From an uncultured Planctomycetaceae bacterium (lineage in GTDB: Bacteria > Planctomycetota > Phycisphaerae > SM23-33), in contig CAYLPJ010000024.1 of NCBI GenBank assembly GCA_964385465.1, positions 14,238 to 78,237 of the forward strand: DNA of 64,000 nucleotides, in the 5' to 3' direction. The position numbers were made by a program, and so were the translations under genes. Below are positions 55,970 through 64,000 of this stretch, in pieces (the first letter of the stretch is position 1; each line of letters opens with the position of its first letter). The notes beneath the pieces were generated by a model. It was not told the origin of the DNA. It worked only from the letters and a program-made list of their open reading frames with translations, and made no database searches.

Positions 55970-58045
55970 TCACTCCAGGCCCGGGCGGGCGGCCTTGAGG
56001 GCGGATCGCCATTTCCGGTTCGGATGGGACGGGTGGAGGCCCAGCATCCGCGGGGTTCGCGGGCGGATCGGCCCCCAGTTGATCGCGTAGGGGTGCTCCT
56101 CGCACAGGCGCTCGATCCGCTGCCAGTTCTCCAGGGCCCGCTCGGCGGCGGCCACGTCCGTCTTCAGCCAGTACCGGCGCATCAGGCCGACGTTCTCGAT
56201 CACCAGCCGCGTGTAGGCCAGCCCCGCGCGGACGAAGGCCACACGCCGCCCGTACACCGCCGACCGGTCCGCCGCCTTCTTCGCGTCCTCCGCCGCCCGG
56301 CGGAGGCGCCGCTCGGCCTGCTCCAGCAGCTCCTCGGTGTAGAGCCGGGGCAGGTTCAGCACGCCGCCGCGGTAGCGGTGCTTCTCCACGTACGCCATCC
56401 GCGTACGCTCCAGCAGCTCGTAGTAGCCGCGGACGGCCCCCGCGGCCGGGCCGAAGCCGCGGGCGTAGTAGTCGTCCAGAACCGCGTTGGCGTCGGCGGC
56501 CGGGTCCCACAGCAACTGCGCCATCACGTAATACTGCGGGCCCTGCGTGGCCCAGTGCTCCCAGACCGAGTCGATGTAGATCCCGACGCACCCGACGGCC
56601 GCGACGAAACGCAGGTCCTTGGCCGTCTGGGCGATCGACACGTCGGGCAGGCCCTGCTGCCAGCCGGCCGGGCTGCCCGTGTTCGGCCGCCACACCAGCC
56701 GGTCGGTCAGCTTGCCCCAGGCGGCGAACTGCTCGCGATGCGTCACCCCCGCCGGCGAGCCGCGGTCGGGCAGGTGCGTGCGGCCGAAGAAGTTCGCCAC
56801 GCTCACCACGATCACGTTCTCCGCCGGGCGGGCCTTGACCGGCGCCGGCCGCGAGTGCCCGTACGCGGCCATCTGCACGAGGTACCCCCGCCCGGGATAG
56901 CGCTGCTCCAGCAGCTCCGCCAGGTGGTTGGCGAAGGTGATGTGGCGGTCGGACAGGGCGGGGCGCTCGGCGGTGCGGCCCTTCCAGCGGAACCGCCGCC
57001 GCTCGCCCTCGGGGTGGTCCCACGCCGAGCATTTCTCGCAGACGCAGTGGCCGCTGAACCAGCCGTCGTTCGGCGAGCCGTTGAACGTCGTGCGGGTGGG
57101 GTCCTTGTCAAGCTGCTCGGCAACGTCCGCCAGCCACTGCTTCCACACCGCCGGGTTGGACTGGCACAGCTTGGCGTTTCCCGGCGAGGGGAACCCGCTC
57201 CGCGTGCCGTCCGGCTGGAGGGCGAACAGCTCCCGATGCTCCTCGTGGAACCGCTCCCACCAGTCCGCGAACGCGTGCCCGCCGTCGATCCCCAGCGAGT
57301 CCAGTTGAAGCCGCTGACGGCGAGACCACACCTGCGCCCGCCCGTACCCCCGGTTGCCCAACACCGAGAACGCCAGCGCGCCGGCCCGGCCGCGAATCTG
57401 CGGGACATGGCGAAACTCGAACGGGCGGAGGGCGATCGTCTCGCGCCGGGGAACGTCCTCGCCCAGTTCCCCGGGCCAGAGCCAGCGGACGCCCAGGTGC
57501 CGCTGGAGAAACGTGTAGACCGCGTTGGCGGTCCCGTATTCCTGCTGCTTGCCGGCGACCTTCTCGTCGATGCCCTGGACCTCCATGTGCTCGGGGTCCC
57601 AGCGGTCGCGCCCGGCGATCACCACGTGCCGGTCGGTGGCCGCCAGCAGCACCTCCTCGGGGTGCCGGAAGCCGAAATCGACCCCCGGCAGCAGTTCCTT
57701 CAACTGCGGCTGGAAGCCCACCCAGACCGCCCGCTCGGGCGGCGGGTCCGGCCGGCCGTGGATCACCTCCGGCTCGGCCCCGCTGATCCTGCCGATGTAC
57801 TCGGCCAGTTCCTCGGCGGCCCGGCGCGTTCTCGGGGGAGCGTCGGGGAAGACGACGATCGGCAAGGCCGCGCCGTCCTCGACGACCGCCAGCGGGGCTC
57901 GTTCGCCCGCCGCCGCCCGGGGGGCGCCCGCGCCGCCGTCGGCGCCCGCCGCCCGAGGCCCGCACCCGGCCGCCAGAGCCAGCGCCACGCCCGCCGTTGG
58001 AATCCAGGCCGCATACCGCCCGCGCGATGTCCGTCGTCCGGTCAT
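55970..58045 (-). CDS. DUF4838-like lipoprotein (putative glycan-active)
   Basis: AAGC lipobox; AAEELAEYI..ISG, GTANAVY.FL...LGVRWLWPG, LCQSNP and YVMAQLLWDP motifs. Confidence 0.75.
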   Translation of the reverse strand: MTGRRTSRGRYAAWIPTAGVALALAAGCGPRAAGADGGAGAPRAAAGERAPLAVVEDGAALPIVVFPDAPPRTRRAAEELAEYIGRISGAEPEVIHGRPDPPPERAVWVGFQPQLKELLPGVDFGFRHPEEVLLAATDRHVVIAGRDRWDPEHMEVQGIDEKVAGKQQEYGTANAVYTFLQRHLGVRWLWPGELGEDVPRRETIALRPFEFRHVPQIRGRAGALAFSVLGNRGYGRAQVWSRRQRLQLDSLGIDGGHAFADWWERFHEEHRELFALQPDGTRSGFPSPGNAKLCQSNPAVWKQWLADVAEQLDKDPTRTTFNGSPNDGWFSGHCVCEKCSAWDHPEGERRRFRWKGRTAERPALSDRHITFANHLAELLEQRYPGRGYLVQMAAYGHSRPAPVKARPAENVIVVSVANFFGRTHLPDRGSPAGVTHREQFAAWGKLTDRLVWRPNTGSPAGWQQGLPDVSIAQTAKDLRFVAAVGCVGIYIDSVWEHWATQGPQYYVMAQLLWDPAADANAVLDDYYARGFGPAAGAVRGYYELLERTRMAYVEKHRYRGGVLNLPRLYTEELLEQAERRLRRAAEDAKKAADRSAVYGRRVAFVRAGLAYTRLVIENVGLMRRYWLKTDVAAAERALENWQRIERLCEEHPYAINWGPIRPRTPRMLGLHPSHPNRKWRSALKAARPGLE

Positions 58046-58289
58046 GTTCCTTCCCCATCCAGAGACAACCGTCTACCCCATCGAACCGCGCCCGCGGCGG
58101 AGGGGGCCGGTCTTCCTCCCCCGGGCCCCGCCCGCGGCCCGCCCATCCGCGCCGCCTCCGCCGTCTGCTTGCCGCCCGGGGCCTTGAACGCCGGCGCCGC
58201 CGCGGTACAATATGTCATAGAGGCTCGCAAGAGCTGCGGGCCGCGAACGCGTTCGGGGTACTGGGTCGAGAAAACCGGGGAGATGCACC

Positions 58290-59471
58290 ATGGAACGCAT
58301 TGCCGCGTTGTGCGCGCTGGGGGCCATGACCGCCGCGACGGCCGCGCCCGCCACCGAGACCGACGGGATCTACGCCAAGGCCTTTGCCGCCGCCAAGGAG
58401 AAGGGCAAGCCGGTGCTCATCGTCTACACCATGCCCACCGACTGCCCGATCTGCATCAACGCCCGCAACTACGCGCTGGGCCACCGCGACACGCGGGGCG
58501 TCCGCGCGCGGTTCGTCGTCAGCGAGGTGCTCATCTCGCGCGGCGACGAGCGCTACAGCGCCTACCGAAAGAAGTTCCCCGGCTGCTACTACCCCTTCTG
58601 GGTCGCCGCGACCCCCGAGGGCCGCTACCTCGACGGTGGGGACTGCAAGACCATCAACGCGCCGGACGGGCACTGGGTCAAACGCCTCTCCGCCGTCGCC
58701 GCCAAGCACCCCCCGTGCCCCAAGGCGGCACGCCAGGCCGCCGAGGAAATCCTCGCACGGGCCGCCGAGGACCTCGAAGCCCAGCAGTTCGCCGACGTCC
58801 ACGCCGCCTGCGCGAAGCTCAAACGGCTCTGGTTCCCCGAGACGCTCGTCGCCAAACGCGACGAGCTCGACGCCGCCGTCCTCGCCACCGCCGAGGAGCG
58901 AAAGGCCGAGGCCGCCAAGCTCATCGAGGCCGGCAAGCAGCTCGACGCCGCCCTGCTCTACGACAAGACCGCCCGGCAGTTCACCGAGCGCCTCCCCGTC
59001 GGCCGAGAGGCCGCCAAGAGCCGCGACGCCCTGCTCGCCAAGCACCCCCGCCACCGCGAGCAGTTCCTCAAGCTCCAGCACGCCGCCGAGGCCCGCGAGC
59101 TGCTCGACCGCGGAAAGCGGCTCTGGGAGGCCGGCCGGCTGCCCCGGGCGCGGACCGTCTACGGACTCATCGTCAGCCGCTACGCCGACACCCCCCAGGC
59201 CGACGAGGCCCGCAAGGCCCTCAAGAAGCTCGGCGCCCCGCCCGCCGATCCCGCCCCGGCCGCCGGGGCCTCCGACGCCCTGGCCGAGAAGCCCGACCCC
59301 GCCGCCGCCGAGAAGCGCGCCCGCTCGCTGATCTCGATGGCCCGCAACTACCGCAACGTCCGCATGCACGAGAAGGCCCTCGCCAAACTCCGCCGGTGCA
59401 TCGCCGACCACCCCGACACCGCCGCCGCCGAAGAAGCCAAAGACCTCATCGAAAAGTGGCAAGCCGACTGA
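58290..59471 (+). CDS. Exported thioredoxin-like (CPIC) + helical/TPR-like protein
   Basis: Signal peptide; AFAAAKEKGKPVLI..CPIC; C-terminal Y..DT..A.EA repeats. Confidence 0.7.
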   Translation: MERIAALCALGAMTAATAAPATETDGIYAKAFAAAKEKGKPVLIVYTMPTDCPICINARNYALGHRDTRGVRARFVVSEVLISRGDERYSAYRKKFPGCYYPFWVAATPEGRYLDGGDCKTINAPDGHWVKRLSAVAAKHPPCPKAARQAAEEILARAAEDLEAQQFADVHAACAKLKRLWFPETLVAKRDELDAAVLATAEERKAEAAKLIEAGKQLDAALLYDKTARQFTERLPVGREAAKSRDALLAKHPRHREQFLKLQHAAEARELLDRGKRLWEAGRLPRARTVYGLIVSRYADTPQADEARKALKKLGAPPADPAPAAGASDALAEKPDPAAAEKRARSLISMARNYRNVRMHEKALAKLRRCIADHPDTAAAEEAKDLIEKWQAD

Positions 59472-59570
59472 CCCCCCCCGCCCCGCCCGGGGCCGGGGCC
59501 AGTGGCCGGCAGGCAGTGGGCGGGGGCAGTGGCCGGAGCGCGCTGGTCCGTCAATCCCTCCCTCCCGCCG

Positions 59571-59678
59571 GCCGGGCGATACCGCCTTCGCACCGGCGAT
59601 TACCGCCTGCGATTCCGCGTGCAGGGGCGAGCGATCATCGTCGAGAAGGTCGGACACCGCGACGGGTTCTATGATTGA
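59571..59678 (+). pseudogene. RelE/ParE-type toxin C-terminal remnant
   Basis: Not in the ORF track. Translates AGRYRLRTGDYRLRFRVQGRAIIVEKVGHRDGFYD*, which fits the RelE pattern YRLR.GDYR...I.HR..Y. The in-frame upstream sequence is unrelated GC repeat. Confidence 0.75.
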
Positions 59679-59682
59679 GGGC

Positions 59683-59967
59683 TTGACCACGGCCGTGAAG
59701 ATTCTGGAACCGGCCGGCAAGCGATGGGTGATCCTGCCCGAAAAGGACTACAAACGCCCGGTCGCCCATGCCGGGGAAGAAGGCGACTGGCCGACGCTGC
59801 CCAAGGCCGACGCCGAGGGCAACTATCCGGCCGTGGCATACGCCCGCGTGTCCCTGGCGCGGAAGATCATCAAGGCCCGCCGCCAAACGGGACCCACACA
59901 GGCCGAGCTTGCCCGCCGGGCCGGCATTCGCCCCGAAGCCCCGAACCGTATCGAGAATGCGGGTTAG
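59683..59967 (+). pseudogene. XRE/HTH antitoxin (HigA-like), degenerate and C-terminally truncated
   Basis: GKRWVILPE.DY, PKADAEGNYPA and ARKIIKARRQTGPTQAELARRAGIR; Pro substitutions in the HTH and an early stop after RIENAG. Confidence 0.7.
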
Positions 59968-59973
59968 GGTACT

Positions 59974-61989
59974 TCATTCTTCACTCTCGAACCGGCCTGC
60001 GGGAAGCCAGCCCAGCCTTCTGTATGCGCTGTCGAAGCTGCTCGTCTTCAGCATGTGCAGACCAAAGTCTTCCTCATCCTCGTCCGGTTCGTCCTCAGCG
60101 GACTTGCAGTCACGAAACTTCCGCGCAAGCTCCCGGTAGTTGTCCCCGAAGCACTTCTCGTGGTACAGGAGGATCTCGACGCATTCCAGGAAGAGGAGGT
60201 CGGCAACGATAAGCTGTGTGATCCATTCGTTGCACCGGTTCTCTTCGGGGAGGATCGAGGCCCCGTGGGCAATCCGGCTGCGAAGATCATAGAAGTCCTT
60301 TGCCCAGAAGCCCACGCGACTGGCCTCGTGCACCTTGCCCTTGTCATCCCGGCGCTTCTCACGGAGGAACCGGTCCGTGGCGATCATAGCCTCGATGCGT
60401 CTCGCAAACTCCAACTTCTGGTTCCGCTCGGGCAACTGAAGGAGGATCTCAAACGCCGTACACATCATCACCACGCGGTTCAGCCAGGTCGTTGCCCCGA
60501 TGTCAGTCATTGTGTGGGCGAGCCGGAACCACTCCAGGGATCGGAACAGACGTTCTCGGAAGTCTGCGGAGCACTTACCATCGAGAACGCGCGAGAACGC
60601 GGCAAGGTGCTGATCGGATTCACTGTCAAACAGGCCTCTTATGGCGAAGGGCTTGGCGATCCGGACTTCATCCATGTCCGTGAAGTAGTTCAGCATGCCC
60701 TCGGACCGTACGCCGAAGCCGCTCCTGCCCAGGATGAAGTCGCGGCTGTAGAGGGCGAACCGGTCTGCCGTCGGGGGAGCCATGCTGTTGTTGTCGGCCG
60801 AGACGGAACTGCGTGTGCCGGTGCAGATTGCCGAGAAGATCAAGCAGTCAACCGCCGAACGAATCAGGCCCAGCTCCTCAGACGATGGTTCCCTGAAGTC
60901 GATGTCGCCGACAGAGCAGACCACGAGGGAATCGACAGGCTTGCCGTAGGAGTCAACGTAGCAACGAAAGCAGCGTGTCAGGTGGTCTCGGATCGCGTTG
61001 TCAGAGATCTTCTGCCTGGCCATCTGCGAGAAGGGCCAGAACGTGACCGGGCCAATAGAGAACTCGCTGTGCAGGTTGGCCCACGGCATGTAGTCGATGG
61101 CGTACTTGGCATTCGACTGATCGGGGTCAACGCGCACGGCATCGCCCGGCGGCTCAACGATAATCGCTTCGGCCCCCAAGGGCCTGGCGTTCCCCTCGAT
61201 GATCTCCCAAGCCCAGGCCTGCAGGCCGGGCGTTCCTGGCCGCGCCTTCGGCGGCAGGATGATGTAGCCGTTGCCCCGGTCTCCCGCGGCCACGTACTGC
61301 CCTGTGACCACACAGAGGGCAGTCAGAGCGCAGATCACGGCCGCTCTGTTGTCATGGTCTGTTACGTCCGCTAGATCTCCGAGAAGGTGATGTCCTGGGA
61401 GCAGCCTGTGAACGAGATCCGTCAGTGTGTTCACGTGCGAAGGGCGAGGGCGCGGAGTGTCTGGGCCGAGGAGGTGCTCGAAGTAGGCATCGGATCTGGG
61501 GCCGTGGACAGGCACGCGATCCTTCGCCAGCATCACGCCCATGAAGGACGTCGGGAACGCCTCCACGATGGCCTTGTCCATGATCCGGGCCTCATGGGCA
61601 GTGTCGGCGACGAGGTCCTCTGCCAGCAGCAAGCGTGCAATCTCGTTCGTTGACTCGTTGAGCCGGATGCCGTTGCCGGAGGATGATTGCCCCGGCTTTC
61701 CGATGTGCTTAGCCAGTCCCCGCGTGAGGATCATCTCCGCAGTCCGGTATTCCCCGATGGTGTCCAGTCTCTCTCGGAAAGGCCCATCGAGAGCAACGCA
61801 CATCGCCTGCCGGTCCTTGAATATCCGCTTGAGGAGCTCCCTGCGCTTGCCAGGCTCGTTCGGGAGTCGGCCAGTCCTGAAGCTCACCTTGCCGCCATGC
61901 CACTCAAGAACGCACGCGCTGGTGGTTCTCCTCTTCTTGGAGAATCCGACGTCAACTCCGAGCACGATGCCAGCATCCGGAGACGTCAT
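59974..61989 (-). CDS. DUF429-like (RNase H fold) nuclease fused to an Apea-like HEPN domain
   Basis: N-terminal half: VLGVDVG, VALDGP, IVEAFPT and DHDNRAAVICALTA. C-terminal half: RSLEWF, CTAFEILL and FYDLRSRIAHG (RxxxxH at 60265-60282). Lower GC. Confidence 0.75.
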   Translation of the reverse strand: MTSPDAGIVLGVDVGFSKKRRTTSACVLEWHGGKVSFRTGRLPNEPGKRRELLKRIFKDRQAMCVALDGPFRERLDTIGEYRTAEMILTRGLAKHIGKPGQSSSGNGIRLNESTNEIARLLLAEDLVADTAHEARIMDKAIVEAFPTSFMGVMLAKDRVPVHGPRSDAYFEHLLGPDTPRPRPSHVNTLTDLVHRLLPGHHLLGDLADVTDHDNRAAVICALTALCVVTGQYVAAGDRGNGYIILPPKARPGTPGLQAWAWEIIEGNARPLGAEAIIVEPPGDAVRVDPDQSNAKYAIDYMPWANLHSEFSIGPVTFWPFSQMARQKISDNAIRDHLTRCFRCYVDSYGKPVDSLVVCSVGDIDFREPSSEELGLIRSAVDCLIFSAICTGTRSSVSADNNSMAPPTADRFALYSRDFILGRSGFGVRSEGMLNYFTDMDEVRIAKPFAIRGLFDSESDQHLAAFSRVLDGKCSADFRERLFRSLEWFRLAHTMTDIGATTWLNRVVMMCTAFEILLQLPERNQKLEFARRIEAMIATDRFLREKRRDDKGKVHEASRVGFWAKDFYDLRSRIAHGASILPEENRCNEWITQLIVADLLFLECVEILLYHEKCFGDNYRELARKFRDCKSAEDEPDEDEEDFGLHMLKTSSFDSAYRRLGWLPAGRFESEE

Positions 61990-62147
61990 CTGGTCGTCCT
62001 CATGTTTCGCCCATCGACCCTACTCCCGCCGCTCGTAAGGGGAACATCACGGAAATACCAGTGACGAACGAACCACGAGTGCGCAGAATCCATTCGCTGG
62101 GATTCGCCAGGCTGGCAGGCACGTGTTGATCAGTCTTCCGGGGAAGG

Positions 62148-62360
62148 TCAATGGGTGTCCTCGCTGCCTCCCCGTTTGCGGGCGAAATGCTGGGCCTTGG
62201 CCTCCTCGAAGAACGAGTTCAGGAACTGGCCCAGTTCGGTCAGCTTTACGCTGAACTTGATCTCGTTGTACCGCTGGCCTGCCTTCGATTTCTGGAAGTC
62301 GTGGAACTCAAAGCTGTACGGGTTGGCCTTGTACAACACCGGCCAATGGACAGTCCGCAA
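62148..62360 (-). pseudogene. Probable 3' gene fragment, orphan
   Basis: 70 codons with coding-like usage but only a TTG start, no SD, and an in-frame TAA 12 codons upstream. Confidence 0.4.
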
Positions 62361-62389
62361 GCTAGCGTGTTCACTGCTGGATTGTGAAG

Positions 62390-62896
62390 CTACTTACGCG
62401 CCCTTACACGGGCATCGTGGTCGGGCCATTTGACGGTCTGGTACTTGCCCTCCAGGGCTTGCATGGAGAGGCGCCCATCCAGGTACACCCGTACGGCAAT
62501 GCTGTTCCAGCCCACGAACGGCCGGCCGAGCGTTGTACCCGTGCCGATGTGTCTGATGGCGTGACGGTAGCCGTAGTCTGCTGCGGCGGATAGCGCCTTG
62601 GTCCAACCGCGCGCTGCGTACGGCAGCAGAATGCCCTCCCGGCGGCGGACATGAACATCAACGACAAGTCCCTTGGCCTTCGGGGTGAAGGTCATCGCCA
62701 GCAGCTCAAATTGTCCCGTGATTGGCTCGGACTCTGCCCGCGCCGCCGACTGGACAGCGCACCGCCACTCAAGCTCGGTCTTGCCGCACGGTTGGTTGAG
62801 CGCCTTCCCGGCATAGGGGAACTTCAACTTGGCTGCGCCTGCCCCGAGGGCGAACCCGCTGGCCAGCATGATCCCGGCGAACGCCACCTTACGCAT
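62390..62896 (-). CDS. Hypothetical exported protein
   Basis: MRKVAFAGIMLASGFALGAGAA leader; AAGGGG SD; promoter TTGACG-17-TACCAT at 62961-62933. Confidence 0.6.
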   Translation of the reverse strand: MRKVAFAGIMLASGFALGAGAAKLKFPYAGKALNQPCGKTELEWRCAVQSAARAESEPITGQFELLAMTFTPKAKGLVVDVHVRRREGILLPYAARGWTKALSAAADYGYRHAIRHIGTGTTLGRPFVGWNSIAVRVYLDGRLSMQALEGKYQTVKWPDHDARVRARK

Positions 62897-63096
62897 GGCA
62901 AGCCCCTTGTGTTTTGCCTTCGACTCCCTCGCATGGTAGATGGGCGGGTCAGCGCCGTCAAGCCACGGTCTCCTGACGCGCCGCCGGCGCCGTTCGGGCA
63001 TTGCCGCACCCACTGCAGATGGGGACTGCCAGTTACGCTGACTGATGGAAGGCAGCGGGTGCCCTCCGCCTTCGCGGCGGCATCGCCGGTCGGGGC

Positions 63097-64000
63097 TCAT
63101 TCTCCCGCGGCGACGATGGCGCGGCATTTGGGGAAGTTGGGGCAGCCCCAGAAGGGCTTGCCGGCGTTGGCGCCCTTGCGGGCCTTGCGGAGGACCATCT
63201 CCGTGCCGCAGCGCGGACAGGCCGGGGGCGAGCCCGCGCCCGGCTGCCGCTGCTGCTCCTCCTCCGCCTTCGCCTTGGCGGGGGGCTCGGGGGCCGGCCT
63301 GTCCGCCGCCCTGTCCCCCTCGGCGTCCGCGGGCGGGTTCTGCCAGAACGGCCGGCTCGTCCGGCAGGCCTCGCAATGCAGCGTGAAGCTGTCGCCGGAC
63401 TTGCGGACCTTCATCTTCCCCGAGCACGCTTCGCAGAGTTCCACGATGGGCGTGTTCGCGTCGCACGCCGTGCACTTGAAGTAGTAACCGTACGGTCCGT
63501 GGGTCACGCGGAGCTTCCCCGAGTCGCAGCCGCGGCATCGGTACGCCTTGGGGGCCTGCTCCTGCTCGCTCTCGTCGAGGTCCTCGCCGGTCGCCTCCCG
63601 CTGGCCTTGGGCGGGCGCCGCGGCCTCGCGGTCGAGGTCGTCGATGACCCGATGGGCGATCTCCAGCGGCGTCTGCGAGCAGTCGCCGGCGAGGAGGAAC
63701 TCGGTGACGGCCTCGAACTCGCGCGCGTCGAAGGCGTCCATGTCCTTGTCGGCCAGCGAGGTGCTGAAGAAGCCGTTGCGGAGGCCCTCGTGGTACTCGA
63801 GGATCCTGCGGGCGACCTGGTCGGCCTTGACCACCTCGGGGAAGCGGCTACGCCCCTTGCCGCAGATCCTCCCCCGCGACGAGACGGCCACGAAGTGCTG
63901 CGGCGTGAGCAGGCTGCGGAAGTGCCTGCGCCGCAGGCCGAGAAGCTTGCCCATGAACCGCTCGCGATGGGCGGCCATGAAGGCGTAGAGCAACTCCTGG
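63097..64000 (-). CDS. NERD-like protein with C-terminal topoisomerase-type C4 zinc ribbons (5' end off window)
   Basis: HFVAVS..G.I...FPEVVKADQV; CRGC..YGYYFKCTAC..CEAC..CEAC; CPRCGTEMVLRKARKG..AG..FWGC.NFPKCR. Confidence 0.7.
   Translation of the reverse strand, partial: QELLYAFMAAHRERFMGKLLGLRRRHFRSLLTPQHFVAVSSRGRICGKGRSRFPEVVKADQVARRILEYHEGLRNGFFSTSLADKDMDAFDAREFEAVTEFLLAGDCSQTPLEIAHRVIDDLDREAAAPAQGQREATGEDLDESEQEQAPKAYRCRGCDSGKLRVTHGPYGYYFKCTACDANTPIVELCEACSGKMKVRKSGDSFTLHCEACRTSRPFWQNPPADAEGDRAADRPAPEPPAKAKAEEEQQRQPGAGSPPACPRCGTEMVLRKARKGANAGKPFWGCPNFPKCRAIVAAGE

Noticed and set aside
59955-63100. Integron cassette array (same-strand orphan genes, gttaggg at ~59963)
   Set aside because: No paired RYYYAAC/GTTRRRY attC boxes between genes, and the genes carry their own promoters.

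Overview
High-GC (about 70-75% by eye) bacterial chromosome segment, most likely from a Planctomycetota member of class Phycisphaerae. This is inferred from the pheA-tpiA-secG-yicC-gmk-rpoZ-coaC-coaB order, the GyrA HPHGE-type QRDR, DUF4838/sulfatase/beta-helix glycan genes and ATRP/ATQP low-complexity linkers. About 55 CDSs were called. They include the end of a Tad pilus locus, gluQ, an ArnT/YdjC/GT2 envelope-modification trio, gyrA, a Cys-motif MacB-type ABC operon, sugar catabolism (xylA, GH4, GH42, PL22-like, sulfatase) and a housekeeping block (pheA to ftsK, arfB, uppS, purA, hom). Two copies of a ~155-160 bp palindromic MITE-like repeat lie at 1881-2035 and 23403-23563. The last ~4.5 kb is a lower-GC accessory region containing a decayed RelE/HTH toxin-antitoxin pair, a DUF429-like (RNase H fold) + HEPN fusion, an orphan fragment, an exported orphan and a NERD-like/Zn-ribbon protein running off the end. 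It is the best candidate for an undescribed defence system. Other notable items are a SecG fused to an Fn3-associated-like domain and repeated -10 boxes 6-10 nt before start codons (possible leaderless mRNAs). No rRNA, tRNA or CRISPR array was recognised. All family assignments come from motif recognition by eye, not database searches.
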